Source of the DNA: Wolbachia endosymbiont of Dirofilaria (Dirofilaria) immitis
GTDB lineage: Bacteria > Pseudomonadota > Alphaproteobacteria > Rickettsiales > Anaplasmataceae
Reading direction: 5' to 3'
DNA: 32,000 bases
Assembly (NCBI RefSeq): GCF_013365455.1
Contig: NZ_CP046578.1
Coordinates: 60,001-92,000, forward strand
The notes under the pieces were generated by a model. That model was not told the origin of the DNA. It saw only the letters and a list, made by a program, of their open reading frames with translations, and made no database searches. The position numbers and the translations under genes are program-made. Numbering within the stretch: position 1 is the first letter of the stretch; every line of letters starts with the position of its first letter. This document shows, piece after piece, positions 1-11,395 of the stretch.

Positions 1-914
1 GCAGTTTGTAAAAAATGCAGATATGAAATTTCCTGCTTTGAATTGTGCTGTTTGGCTTACATTTTACAAAAAAAAGAATGTTCTTTTATGTCGTCATTGC
101 TCTTATCAATTGATGCTTCCAGAAGAATGTCCTAATTGCCTAAAGTGGACAGCCATTGTTTCTTTATGGTATAGGGATTGAAAGATTGCTTGAGAAAATA
201 GTAAAATTAATACCAAATGCAAGAACTGCGATTGTGAGTAGTGATCAGAAATCAGTGAGTAACATTATTGACTTAATATTGAAGGAGAAAGTGAATGTTA
301 TAATTGGTACGTAGATGATTGCTAAGAGACACAGTTTTTCTAAATTAACTTTAATTGGGATAATAAATGCAGATTTAGGACTTGAGAATTCTGATTTGAG
401 GGCAGCAGAAAAAAACTTATCAGTTATTGCATCAAGTTGTAGGAAGGTCTAGAAGGTTTAACAAAAGAGGGAGTTATTTTATGAAATTGAACTTGAGTTG
501 AGATTAAAAGCTAAAATACCACCTTTTAGAAGGTTAATAGCACTTATAATTTGCGGTAAGAATCAGATTGAAACACAAAAAGCAGCAAGTAGAATAACTA
601 GCTTTTTGTATAGTCAATGTTTAACTACTGCTTCTTCTTTATTGTCATTCAGTGTATAGTACCAGAATCTAGAAGAAAAGAATTTGAAATTTTTTGTTCC
701 ATTGCCGGCAGCAATAGATTTCTTAAGTAATAAGTATCGGTATAGGATATTACTGAAGATGTATAATAAACATTGTTTATCGGTACAAAAGAAGCTAAAA
801 CATTGGATTCAAGAATATAATTTAAATTCGAGCATCACAGTTACAGTAGATGTTAGTCCTGTGAGTTTTTTAACAGATTTATTACAGAATGTTAAGCCTA
901 AAATTAGATAATAT
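1..914 (+). pseudogene. priA: Degraded primosomal protein N' (PriA helicase), C-terminal part; N-terminal part lies outside the window
   Basis: Piecewise translation gives consecutive PriA motifs in shifting frames: CKKCRYEISC (frame 1), NCAVWLTFYKKKNVLLCRHCSYQLMLPEECPNC (frame 2, zinc-binding cysteines), GIGIERLLEKIVKLIPNARTAIVSSDQ...VIIGT*MIAKRHSFSKLTLIGIINADLGLENSDLRAAEKN (frame 3, TAG at 312-314 where PriA has Q of GTQMIAKG), YQLLHQVVGRSRR (frame 1), FYEIELELRLKAKIPPFRRLIALI (frame 3), then NLKFFVPLPAAIDFLSNKYRYRILLK...VTVDVSPVSFL (ORF 684..911). Confidence 0.93.
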
Positions 915-2006
915 TTTTTTATTCTATAGTTGATTAGGTAATTATCTACAAAAACTTTGTAAATTATGTTGGTTTATTGACCAAGCTCTTGATTTTTAGC
1001 AGAATTTATTATATTATTAACGTAATTAAAGCAAGGGGTATATAATCGAGTTAATTATGAAAGAATTTGTCAAGCTGGTAACAGAAAAAGTATTGGTTTA
1101 ATAGTAAACTTTATTGATAATGGTAAAGTAAAATTTGGTACTTGTTATAAATCTAATGGTTAAAAGGTGCTACATACAGAAGTTCTTCTTATTTTGCATG
1201 TAATCTGATAAGCAACTACTAGAAGATGTGATAAAGCATTTAAGAGGGGCGTTGCTGGATTATGTAAAGAACAATTTAATAAAGAATTAAGATAAAGGAC
1301 TTTATGCTTACATAAAATTTCAGAATAGAGAGGTGATATATTTATTACATTAAGCTATTAAAGTAATACACTTAGATAATGGCAGCCTTTTAGTAAAAGA
1401 CAAAAGGTAAGATTCTGTTGGATTTAGCTTAAGGAAAACAAGAGCTGCACTTTAATAATAATATGAGGAGAATAAAGCTAAGTCAAAGAAGGGAAGAGCT
1501 AGATATAGTGATTTAATTGATATTGTGCCCAGTTTTTTCTTGATGTTGGATTAAGTATTGCTACTATTTTAGTAGCTATTAATGCTAGTTTAGATATAAT
1601 AGTAGTATTTCCTTTTATTGTTAGAATAGTGGCTGAATTGGCTGTAATCTTTTTGGTTATATAAATAAGCTAAAACGATGAATGGTGTTTGTTAATATGG
1701 TTCTGAATTCTCTTTTGTTTATAAGACATATAAAAATAAATAACTTGCTGACGAGAGTTTTACAAAAGAATTTATTGAGTAACACAAAAATCTTGATGTG
1801 TTTCCCTTGCTCATTGTAGTAAATTAGGTGCTTAAGTAACTTGCTTTTTAGGTCCTATAATAATTTCAGCTCTCAGTCAGTTTTATATAAGATTAAATTG
1901 CCGCTTTTTTCTTTTCTCACTTATTTTTATCTAAAGAAGCTAGAATCTAGTATAGATTTTTTCTACCTCTGTGATATTATAAATTTATGGTCATAGATAA
2001 GCAAAT

Positions 2007-3812
2007 ATGTATAGGTCGGCATACGCGATTATAGAACATCAGTATGATGTAGTGGTAGTAGGTGCAGGTGGAGCAGGGCTTAGAGCAGCACTTGGAATGT
2101 CTGCTACTAATTTTTCAGTTGCTTGTATCTCTAAGATCTTTCCTACGCGCAGTCATACAGTTGCAGCGCAGGGTGGAATCAGTGCAGCTTTAGGAAATAT
2201 TGCTGAGGATGATTGGCGCTGGCATGCGTATGATACAATAAAAGGGTCAGATTGGCTTGGTGATCAAGATGCAATAGAGTATATGTGTAAAAACGCTGCT
2301 GAGGCTGTTATTGAACTTGAAAATTTTGGTGTGCCTTTTTCGCGCACAGAAAAAGGCACAATATACCAGCGTTCTTTTGGCGGAATGACAACTCATTTTG
2401 GTAAGGGAAAATCAGCTCAGCGTACTTGTGCAGCGGCAGACAAAACTGGGCATGCAATTCTTCACACTCTATATCAGCAGTGTCTTAAATTCAATACTGA
2501 ATTTTTTGTTGAATACTTTGTGATTGACCTGATCATGGACAACAAAACTGGGGCTTGCTGTGGAGTTTTTGCCTGGTCGCTATGCGATGGTACGCTGCAT
2601 AAATTTCGCGCACATTTGGTGGTATTAGCAACAGGTGGATGTGGGCGTGTTTACTTTTCTACAACGAGTGCACACACCTGTACAGGTGATGGTAATGGTA
2701 TGGTAGTAAGAGCTGGATTGCCACTTGAAGACATGGAGTTTGTGCAATTTCACCCAACGGGAATATATGGTTCGGGATGCTTGATGACAGAAGGGTGTCG
2801 AGGAGAAGGTGGATACCTTATTAATTCTCAAGGTGAGAGATTTATGGAACGCTATGCACCTAAGGCAAAGGACTTAGCTTCTCGCGATGTAGTGAGTCGT
2901 GCGATAACAGTTGAAATTAGGGAAGGGAGAGGAGTTGGGCCAAAGAAAGACTGTGTATACTTAACTATAGCACATCTTGATCCAGAAGTAATAAAATTAA
3001 GGCTTCCAGGAATTAGCGAAACCGCAAAGACTTTTGCAGGAGTTGATGTTACTAAAGATCCAATACCGGTTATTCCAACTGTTCACTACAATATGGGTGG
3101 CATTCCAACTAATTATCATGGGGAGGTGGTTACGTTACAAAAAGGTAACGAGCAAGTAGTAGAAGGATTATTTGCAATTGGAGAAGCTGCATGTATTTCT
3201 ATACACGGTGCAAATCGACTTGGTTCTAATTCACTTCTTGATCTCGTAGTTTTTGGTAGAGCTGCAGCACTAAGAGCGAAGGAAAAATTAAAGCTCAATA
3301 TGCCACATAGAAAGTTGCAATCAGATTGTACGGATTGGATAGTAGATAGGTTTCACAAGATGCGATTTGCTTCTGGAGGGTTTAGAGTAGCGAAAATACG
3401 CAATGAAATGCAGAACACTATGCAAAAATGTGCATCGGTATTTCGTGTTGCTGAGGTTTTAAAAGAAGGTAAGAAAGCTATAAAAGAAGTAGCAAAAATG
3501 ATGCCTGATATTATGGTTAAAGATCGCAGTATGATATGGAATAGCGATTTAGTTGAAGCGCTAGAACTTGCTAACATGATTCCACAGGCAGTTATTATCA
3601 TGGAGTGCGCAGCTAATCGCGAGGAAAGCAGAGGTGCTCATGCTCGTGAAGATTTTCCTAAGCGTGATGATGAAAACTGGATGAAGCACACTATGGCGTG
3701 GCTTGAAGAGAAAAAAGATGAAATCAATGTAAAAATCGATTACAAAAAAGTTGCTGGAAAAACTCTGAGTGATGAGATTGACTTTATAGCGCCAGAAAAG
3801 AGGATTTATTAA
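2007..3812 (+). CDS. sdhA: Succinate dehydrogenase flavoprotein subunit
   Basis: 601-aa ORF with N-terminal FAD-binding [32 protein letters not shown] covalent-FAD region, [57 protein letters not shown] and [18 protein letters not shown] motifs. Confidence 0.97.
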   Translation: MYRSAYAIIEHQYDVVVVGAGGAGLRAALGMSATNFSVACISKIFPTRSHTVAAQGGISAALGNIAEDDWRWHAYDTIKGSDWLGDQDAIEYMCKNAAEAVIELENFGVPFSRTEKGTIYQRSFGGMTTHFGKGKSAQRTCAAADKTGHAILHTLYQQCLKFNTEFFVEYFVIDLIMDNKTGACCGVFAWSLCDGTLHKFRAHLVVLATGGCGRVYFSTTSAHTCTGDGNGMVVRAGLPLEDMEFVQFHPTGIYGSGCLMTEGCRGEGGYLINSQGERFMERYAPKAKDLASRDVVSRAITVEIREGRGVGPKKDCVYLTIAHLDPEVIKLRLPGISETAKTFAGVDVTKDPIPVIPTVHYNMGGIPTNYHGEVVTLQKGNEQVVEGLFAIGEAACISIHGANRLGSNSLLDLVVFGRAAALRAKEKLKLNMPHRKLQSDCTDWIVDRFHKMRFASGGFRVAKIRNEMQNTMQKCASVFRVAEVLKEGKKAIKEVAKMMPDIMVKDRSMIWNSDLVEALELANMIPQAVIIMECAANREESRGAHAREDFPKRDDENWMKHTMAWLEEKKDEINVKIDYKKVAGKTLSDEIDFIAPEKRIY

Positions 3813-6378
3813 TTTGCTTGTTAAATTCTAATAATTCCTGGGTGAGTTGGGATATTGATATACTGTCTATTTTAGAATTAGGGAGGTTTTCAGTATGTTT
3901 TAATTGGTTTTGCAGTTCTTTTTGTTTTTCTAAATCATTGAGCTGATTTTCTATCTTTTTGGAAGAAGGGCTATTGTATTGTATATTACTTTGGGGTGTA
4001 GTTTGCTTTTCTTTGATGAGTTCCTCTTTAATTTTTTTAAATCCTTTGTAAATATTTTCTAAATTTAGGCAGATAAGATAGCAGACTCCTATGGCTGTTA
4101 TAGTAAATGATGCAGTAATAATTGTAATACTTCCCTGAGCAATACTGAATACTACTGCACAGGTTAGAGCAGCAAACACAAGCGTTGTCACTACTTTGTA
4201 AGTAATGTTGTTGACATGTTTCACAATATCACGTGCTTTAAATTTCTTACCAAAATTAAGTTTTAGTTTAGTTCTCATGTCATTTGGAATAAGTAATTTA
4301 CCCATTGACTTCTCTATTTCTTTTATAGTTTTATAGTACTCTTTATTCCATGATGGTTTAGATAGTATTAATTGCTTTGGGTCAGCGCCATTTTGTAGTA
4401 ATTTTACACAGAACTTAATTGTGTTATTGTGGTTTTTAGGATTGTGGTGGTGATTATACCTATCTTTTACTATTTTAGAAGTTAACGCTACTTGTAGCGG
4501 TGTTTGTTTTTTGCCGTTGCTAGTGTTTATAGCTTTATTTAGCTTATCCTCAGATATATTCCCGTATTTTACTACTAGATCCAAGCATATAACCTTTTGT
4601 TCTCCTTTGAGTAAAGCAATATAGTGCAGAGCATTCTTTTTGTTACTGTCTTTGATAGTGATATCAGCACCGTTTTCTAATAGTAGCTTTAAGGCTTTGT
4701 ATCTTTTAGTATTCTCAAAACTTGCCAGTGAAGGTTTTTTGCTCTTTTTTTGCATGTATTGGAGTAGTTGGTGGAGTGGTGTTTGTCCTTTCTCATTAAT
4801 AGCATTAATAGCATAACTAAATTCGTCTTTGCTTAAAATCAACTTCAAGTATGCAATTCTTTGTTTTCCCTTGAATGGAACAATATAATGCAAAGCGTTA
4901 TTCTCTTTTTTATCCTGAATGGTAATATCAGCACCATTTTCCATCAATAGCTTGAAGACTTTATACTTGTTAGTATTTTTGAATTCTTTTTTTACTATAT
5001 TTTTTATTTTGCTTATTAATGAAGATTTTTTGCTCCTTTCCTGTATGTGCTGGAGTAGTTGATGGAGAGGTGTTTGTCCTTCTTGATTCTTGTTATTATT
5101 TATGGCATTAATAAATTGTTCTTTTTGACCTACTTTTAGTAATATATTGAGGAATTCAAGCTTTTGTTCTTTTTTCAATTTTGAAACTATCAGGTGTAGA
5201 GCATTATTGCCATTTACATCTTTAAGGCTGACATTTAACCCTTTTTGTAACAGTTTTTTAAAAAGTTTTTTATCGTAATTATTAATTGCTGAATGTAGTA
5301 GATAATTATTATTAATATCTAAAATATTTATAATTCGTGTTATAATATCTTTAATTTTTTTTTCTATATCAGATTTCTGCTCTAGTTTGGATTGCTTTAC
5401 TAACTCTGTTAATTTTTCTGAGAAATTACAATAGTATGCCTTTTGCTCTTCTCTTAATCCTTGTAATTCTTCTATAAATAATTCTAAATTACTATAGCTG
5501 GTTCTATATTTTAACAATTTTACGAAAAATTTAAGCGTGTTATTGTTATCCTGTAGTGTATGAGACTTATGTTTTTCTTTTGTTATTTTATTAATTGTTG
5601 CTTCCTGAATAGAAGTCTTTTCCTGATCTTGACTATTAATAAGCTGTTCTGGATTTTTTTTGCTAACAGTTTTAATTAGGGTACTGAAAAACTTAAGTTT
5701 CTGTTTCCTTTTTAGCGATACAATAGGGTATAAAATATTCTTTTCTTTCTTATCTTTTATGTCGCTAATATCTATGTAGCTTTTTAGGTGTTTTCTAAAT
5801 TTTCTATCATTTTGATCTTTAATCGCCTTCAGCAATTGAATACTATTATTTACTGCTCTGTTATTTATTTCTACTTTGTAATCATCTTCAATGTTGCTGC
5901 CGTAGCCACTTTCTGGTTTGCTACCTTTGCTGTTCTTGTAGTTATTTTTCTTGTGGGCAGTACTATTAAAGCAATGTTTACTGTTACAAGTAACTTCTAA
6001 AATTACTTGTCTTATTTCCTCTTTTTTTGTATAGTTTAATTCTTTTGATATCTTTTTATTTAATACTGGGATAAAGCACTGGGTATAGTGTCTATAGTAT
6101 TTTTCTTGTTTTCTTAGTGTTTCTTTTAGTATAGCTAATACTTTAAGGCTAGCACCTTTCTTGATTAGCCTTTTGTACTTCTTGATAATTCTATCTCGGC
6201 TTCTTGGTTTTTTGTGTTTATGCTCTTCTTTTTTTACCTTTTTCTCTATAACATTATACAGTTGTTCACTTTTTCTCTCTTGTTCTTGCCTTTCATTTTT
6301 ATCTATGCACCCTTCTAATTTATTCACGTTAGTAGTTAGTGCATTTATATCTATATTCATATAAATCCTCGATATCAA
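3784..6378 (-). CDS. Ankyrin-repeat protein with a C-terminal hydrophobic hairpin (candidate secreted/membrane effector)
   Basis: 864-aa ORF; repeated ankyrin-like units ([56 protein letters not shown]); hydrophobic segment [18 protein letters not shown]...[22 protein letters not shown] near the C-terminus. Start may be the internal Met of MNIDINALT. Confidence 0.88.
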   Translation of the reverse strand: MISRIYMNIDINALTTNVNKLEGCIDKNERQEQERKSEQLYNVIEKKVKKEEHKHKKPRSRDRIIKKYKRLIKKGASLKVLAILKETLRKQEKYYRHYTQCFIPVLNKKISKELNYTKKEEIRQVILEVTCNSKHCFNSTAHKKNNYKNSKGSKPESGYGSNIEDDYKVEINNRAVNNSIQLLKAIKDQNDRKFRKHLKSYIDISDIKDKKEKNILYPIVSLKRKQKLKFFSTLIKTVSKKNPEQLINSQDQEKTSIQEATINKITKEKHKSHTLQDNNNTLKFFVKLLKYRTSYSNLELFIEELQGLREEQKAYYCNFSEKLTELVKQSKLEQKSDIEKKIKDIITRIINILDINNNYLLHSAINNYDKKLFKKLLQKGLNVSLKDVNGNNALHLIVSKLKKEQKLEFLNILLKVGQKEQFINAINNNKNQEGQTPLHQLLQHIQERSKKSSLISKIKNIVKKEFKNTNKYKVFKLLMENGADITIQDKKENNALHYIVPFKGKQRIAYLKLILSKDEFSYAINAINEKGQTPLHQLLQYMQKKSKKPSLASFENTKRYKALKLLLENGADITIKDSNKKNALHYIALLKGEQKVICLDLVVKYGNISEDKLNKAINTSNGKKQTPLQVALTSKIVKDRYNHHHNPKNHNNTIKFCVKLLQNGADPKQLILSKPSWNKEYYKTIKEIEKSMGKLLIPNDMRTKLKLNFGKKFKARDIVKHVNNITYKVVTTLVFAALTCAVVFSIAQGSITIITASFTITAIGVCYLICLNLENIYKGFKKIKEELIKEKQTTPQSNIQYNSPSSKKIENQLNDLEKQKELQNQLKHTENLPNSKIDSISISQLTQELLEFNKQINKSSFLAL
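4500..5080 (-). repeat. In-gene tandem repeat of an ankyrin module, first period 291 bp (97 codons)
   Basis: [20 protein letters not shown] (Gly codon 5077-5079) and [20 protein letters not shown] (Gly codon 4786-4788) are exactly 291 nt apart; a weaker third unit (KQTPLQVAL) follows after about 93 codons. Confidence 0.8.
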
Positions 6379-6822
6379 AGCTGTTTAGCTATTAGTACAG
6401 AAGCTTAATCTACTGAAACTTAGCAGCAAAAATTTGGGTTAGGCTTTTAAATTAGCTAAATGTTGTATTTATGAAAATAAGATGGAAAGGCAGAAAATTA
6501 GTTTCTATTGGAAAATTTGCCATCGTAACTATGACTCCACTTTAACGTTTATCTGCTATTTTTAACCTTTTAATCTTAAAAAAGAATGAACGTAGCCAAG
6601 GTTGATCTCAATTACTTTAGCTTAAGTTGTTTTTGAAGAATAAAAAAGATGATAATAAAGCTTTATTTTTACATATGTGGAAAATGGTAGCTTTGTGATG
6701 TGTATTATTTTCATGGAGGTCAAAAAGTGAAGATAAGATTTTATGTATATACTGCATTTTAATTTAGTTGTGTTTTATAAAAAAGGCTTTAGAATTTAGT
6801 AAATATTGACATATGCAAACCC

Positions 6823-8154
6823 GTGACTAAGACTTGGAGCCTATTACAAGTAGGGCAAAAGGAAAATTATAAGGTGGCATATATAAATGCTCGTATTATT
6901 GATCCAGAGACTAAGCTTGATATAAAAGGCTCACTATTAACCGAGGGGAGTAAGATTATTGATTTTGGTGAGTCATTGTTTTCAAATAGAGTGCCAAGTG
7001 GAATTGATGAGACGGTAGACTGCAAAGGGCTTGTTCTGATGCCAGGCCTTATTGATATTCATGTGCATTTTCGTGAACCAGGTCAAGAATATAAAGAGAC
7101 TATATATACAGGCAGCAAATCTGCAGCTGCGGGAGGTGTAACAACTGTAGTTTGTCAGCCTAATACTGTTCCAGCAATAGATAGTATTGTCTTGGCTAAG
7201 TATTTGAAATATAGAGCACTTGAAACTTCACATGTGAATGTTGAGTTCTATGCTAAAATCACTATTTCAGAAGAAAGGTTGACAGAAATGGCGCTTTTGA
7301 AAGAAGCAGGTGCAATTGGGTTTACTGATGATGGTATGCCAGTTATGAATCCAATGGTTATGAGGCAAGGAATGCTTTATTCGAGTATGTTAAATGTTCC
7401 TATTGCACAGCATGCAGAAGATTTAAATTTATCAGCAGGTGGTGCAATCAATGCAGGTAAGGTTTCTGAGGAATTAGGGATAAGGGGAATTTTAAGTACT
7501 TCAGAGTCGGTTATGGTGAGTCGTGATATATTGCTCATGAAAGATATAGAAAATGTGCACTATCACATTTTACATATTTCGTCAAAAGATTCGCTTGATG
7601 CTGTTAGGCATGCAAAAAATTTAGGGTTAAATGTTACGTGTGAGGTGACTCCTCATCACTTCGCTTTAACTGAAGATGTAGTAAAACAGCATGGAGCAGT
7701 TGCAAAAGTAAACCCGCCACTTCGTACTGAAGGAGATCGTTTGGCTATGGTTGAAGGTTTAAAAACAGGTGTGATCGATTGCATTGCAACTGATCATGCG
7801 CCGCATGATCGTGGTTCTAAAGATCTATCACTAGAAGATGCTACATTTGGTATCGTAGGTCTTGAAACAGTTCTGCCTCTTTCACTTGAGCTTTATCATA
7901 GTGGACAAATGAGTTTGTTTGATGTACTAGCAAAGCTTACATATAAACCTGCAGATATAATACATCTACCACGTGGTCGTATACAAAAAAACCTTGCTGC
8001 AGACTTAATTTTAGTTGACCTGAATCATAAATGGGAAGTTAAAATTGATGATTTTGCTAGTAAATCAAAGAATTCTCCTTTTAACGGACGCAAGGTAAAA
8101 GGACACGTAGTACGCACTATTGTGTCTGGTAAAACTGTGTATTTATACAAATGA
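6823..8154 (+). CDS. pyrC: Dihydroorotase (class I, PyrC/AllB-like amidohydrolase)
   Basis: 443-aa ORF with LMPGLIDIHVHFREPGQEYKETI metal-binding HxH motif, GGVTTVVCQPNT, and CIATDHAPHDRGSKD; GTG start in the track, exact start uncertain. Confidence 0.94.
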   Translation: MTKTWSLLQVGQKENYKVAYINARIIDPETKLDIKGSLLTEGSKIIDFGESLFSNRVPSGIDETVDCKGLVLMPGLIDIHVHFREPGQEYKETIYTGSKSAAAGGVTTVVCQPNTVPAIDSIVLAKYLKYRALETSHVNVEFYAKITISEERLTEMALLKEAGAIGFTDDGMPVMNPMVMRQGMLYSSMLNVPIAQHAEDLNLSAGGAINAGKVSEELGIRGILSTSESVMVSRDILLMKDIENVHYHILHISSKDSLDAVRHAKNLGLNVTCEVTPHHFALTEDVVKQHGAVAKVNPPLRTEGDRLAMVEGLKTGVIDCIATDHAPHDRGSKDLSLEDATFGIVGLETVLPLSLELYHSGQMSLFDVLAKLTYKPADIIHLPRGRIQKNLAADLILVDLNHKWEVKIDDFASKSKNSPFNGRKVKGHVVRTIVSGKTVYLYK

Positions 8155-9316
8155 TTTTTGCAGATGGCTATACTTATACAGCCGTGAAAAATTTTATTAT
8201 TTATGCTAATAATAACTTTTTTTTTGAGCTTGACAACTTTATTGTAAGTATAAAAATGCTGTAGCAAATTCTAACTCTTTTCATTATATCTAAATTAACT
8301 TGGCTACAAATTCTTTTGTCTTTAGCAGAGCGTTTTTATGTTTTCTAGATAAGGAATAGGTTTTCTGTGATTCGATATTCTGTTGACCTATTGATTTAGT
8401 TATGTTTCGGAGTTTATATTTGGGATAGTACGTTATCTTTAGATTTGCACAAAATTAATTCTATTATAGATACATGCTTTAGTAAATTATCACCTGCAGG
8501 AAGGTAAAAGTTTGTTTTTGTCAGCATACTTTGGTTTAAAGTCTTTATTTTTTGTTCAGTCACTACAAAGTAGCATAACTTGATGATGAAACAGTAAACT
8601 AATATTAGAGATAAAGATCTCTAATATTGAAATGAAATTGCCTGTTAAACAAAATGTAAATCCTTCTCCCAAAGTTTGAGCTGGAGCTTTTCTATATATT
8701 TTACAAGCTCTTTTCCTACCTATATTTTTTTTATTAAGATCATCTTCTGTGTTTTAAAAAGTAGAAATATATGGATCATTTTAATGTAAATATGCTAGAT
8801 TTGATTAAGAGATGATAACTTGTCTTTAAAATTAATAATTACTTACCCTTGATATGTATGTAATTCATATTCTTTTGTATTACTATAATGTTATATATTC
8901 AACCGTATTCTATAGTTTTTTGAGAGTAGAAAAGTTCCTATTGTAAGTTTTTATCTTGTCGATAATCACTATATTATATGAAGCTAAGGCAATTGTGCAG
9001 CAATCTCCTGCATGGATTTAATATTAGGGTACTACTCTTCAGTGAATTTACATGTATGTTTTAAATTTCTCATGCTTAAAACCTTTCATTTCTGTGAATA
9101 CCCTTTTCTGGAAATCTTTTGCTTGATTGATATCAATATTTTTTACTTCATAATCATGTTCTCTTTGGGGTTTTAAGATCTATACTAACATGATAGTAAG
9201 ATAAAATAAGCTTGTTTATTTACTGCGAATGTTGCTTTATAATGACTGTTTAATGCGAATCTTTAGCTGTTCTGAGAGTCTTATGTGCGCTTTTCCCCCA
9301 TAATTTTTGCACTAGC

Positions 9317-10645
9317 TTACCTTCTACTTTTTTTTAATCTTGCAGCAATACTTTCTCTGCCGATAAAAACTAACAACCTAGCAAGTTCCGGACCTGTTTT
9401 TTTACCTGTTAAAGCTAAACGTAGCTGCATAAATAGGTTTTTTGTTTTTGTGTCTACTGCCTGTCGAATAGCTTTGACCCACTCTGACAATGTACTTTCA
9501 TTACAATCACCTTGCGGTAATACATTGAGTGCAGTTTGTATGAGCTCCTTATCAAAAATCACAGGTTCTATATCAGATTTGCATATTTGCCACCACTTTT
9601 CTACCTCCGAAAACTTTTTTATATTATTTCTTATAAAGTACCAAAACTCCGGAGAGTTTACTCTGACTTGATTTAAACGCTCTTCCATTATTTTAAATGG
9701 CATCTGTTGCAGAACTTTGCTATTTAGCTTGTATACTTCGCCTAAATTAAATTGTGTAGATGCTGAACTAAATTTTTTAATGTCAAATGAGTCAACTAAA
9801 GATTGCATGTTAGCATGGGCCTTAATAGGGTCTAATGTTCCAAGCTTTGCTAAGTAGCTGGTAAGGGCAATTGGTTCAATTTCACCTTTCTTGATAAATC
9901 TGATGTCTAGTCCACCTTTTCGCTTTGATATCTTGCTATTATCAAAATGTAGCAGAGAAAGATGAGCAAATGTTGGGACTTTTGCTTTTAATGCTAGTAT
10001 CATTTGTATTTGTGCTGCAGTATTAGTTATATGATCTTCCCCACGTACAATATGGGTTATATTAAAGTCAATGTCATCGATGACAGAAGGTAGCATATAT
10101 GTATAAATCCCATCTTCTCTTCTTACTATAGGATCGCTGATATGACTAGTTGCAATATTTATTTTGCCTTTAACTTCATCGTTCCATTTAGTGACCTCAT
10201 TTCTATTCAACTTAAATCTAAAGTGTGGTTTTCGTTTTTCTCGCTCATAGCGAGCTTTGTCCTGCTCAGTTAGAATTAATGCACCTCTATCATAAATGGG
10301 AGAAAGTCCTTGTTTTAGCTGCAGTTTACGTTTGATGTTTAACTCTTCTTTTGTTTCATAGCATGCATAAATATATCCTTCTTTTACTAACTGCAAAAAC
10401 ACCTCATTATAGCGCTCGAAGCGCTCTGATTGCTTAAAGTTTAAATCCCAATCTATATTAATCCATTGCAAGTCTTGTATGATACTATTTATGTATTTAA
10501 TGTTTGAACGCTGAAAGTCAGTATCATCAAAACGGAGTAGAAACTTTCCGTTTTGACTGCGTGTATACATCCAGCAGATAAGTGCAGTGCGAACATTTCC
10601 TACATGAAGGTAGCCAGTTGGGCTTGGAGCGAATCTTGTTAACAT
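9317..10645 (-). CDS. gltX: Glutamyl-tRNA synthetase (class I aaRS)
   Basis: 442-aa ORF beginning [22 protein letters not shown] (HIGH-type motif), [20 protein letters not shown], and KISKRKGG (KMSKR-type motif). Confidence 0.96.
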   Translation of the reverse strand: MLTRFAPSPTGYLHVGNVRTALICWMYTRSQNGKFLLRFDDTDFQRSNIKYINSIIQDLQWINIDWDLNFKQSERFERYNEVFLQLVKEGYIYACYETKEELNIKRKLQLKQGLSPIYDRGALILTEQDKARYEREKRKPHFRFKLNRNEVTKWNDEVKGKINIATSHISDPIVRREDGIYTYMLPSVIDDIDFNITHIVRGEDHITNTAAQIQMILALKAKVPTFAHLSLLHFDNSKISKRKGGLDIRFIKKGEIEPIALTSYLAKLGTLDPIKAHANMQSLVDSFDIKKFSSASTQFNLGEVYKLNSKVLQQMPFKIMEERLNQVRVNSPEFWYFIRNNIKKFSEVEKWWQICKSDIEPVIFDKELIQTALNVLPQGDCNESTLSEWVKAIRQAVDTKTKNLFMQLRLALTGKKTGPELARLLVFIGRESIAARLKKSRR

Positions 10646-11100
10646 TTATGTCTCTAGCTTTTTTTAATTTTATATAAATATATAGCTAAAGCAAGCAAAG
10701 CGATTTGGTTTTTTTGTAAGTGTTCTATTTACCAAAGATTCAAGTAGCTAATAGAAGTGAGATAAAAATTATTTAACAGACCTTACTGGTTCTCTTATCA
10801 CATATAATATATAATAGTAAAGGTATTCAATTATCTTCAACTTTGTATGGGGCAAATGATTGGATATTATATAGCTCGTGTCTTACATTTAATTTTTGTA
10901 CTGTGTGCGCTCTATGCCTTTATAGATTTTATCTAAACTTTTGAATCTTTGCTTATACAGACTGAAACACCCTTATCAGGTGTTAAGACTTTTTAAAAAA
11001 CGCCTATATAAAAATAGTGTTGCTAGAGTTTCTTTTTTTATTGGTAGATTTTTAAAGTGTTGAGGCAATTCTTATACAAGCATTTATTTTTACAATAGGA

Positions 11101-11148
11101 GGTAGATTTTAGTGCGTAACACTAAAATCTATATTTCTTTTTTTCTGG
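11101..11148 (-). repeat. Copy 1 of a short dispersed palindromic repeat
   Basis: Contains perfect 12-bp stem tagattttagtg (11103-11114) / cactaaaatcta (11120-11131). Its reverse complement ccagaaaaaaagaaatatagattttagtgttacgcactaaaatctacc aligns with 30453-30501 with few differences. Confidence 0.75.
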
Positions 11149-11217
11149 ATTCTAGTGTTAGACTACTTGAATAGAATCTATGAGTCCTATTATCTAGATG
11201 CTTGACACTGGAACCTG
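11145..11217. repeat. Adjacent imperfect palindromic element, related to the repeat at 11101-11148
   Basis: Left arm ctggattctagtgtta (11145-11160) pairs imperfectly with right arm ttgacactggaacctg (11202-11217); shares the gattctagtgt core with the 30.5 kb copy. Confidence 0.55.
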
Positions 11218-11395
11218 TTTTTTCATATAGTTTTACTATATGAAGTTTGCAGTGAAAATGATGTTGCGCAGGTAGCCAATATTTTTGAGGTTGAGTTTTC
11301 ATTATGTAACTAGTTGTTAATCCTTTGGTGTTACCTACTTAGATAATATCTGTTGTGGTATTTTAAGTAACAGTGCTTATGCTGCTGCACCTCAT

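Noticed and set aside
2625-3601. Small minus-strand ORFs (2625..2831, 3116..3298, 3353..3601) within sdhA
   Set aside because: They lie entirely antisense to a well-conserved gene and have no recognisable domains; spurious ORFs.
5788-6364. Plus-strand ORFs 5788..6000 and 6161..6364
   Set aside because: Antisense to the ankyrin gene; F/L/S-rich translation is the expected complement of K/N/E-rich coding sequence.
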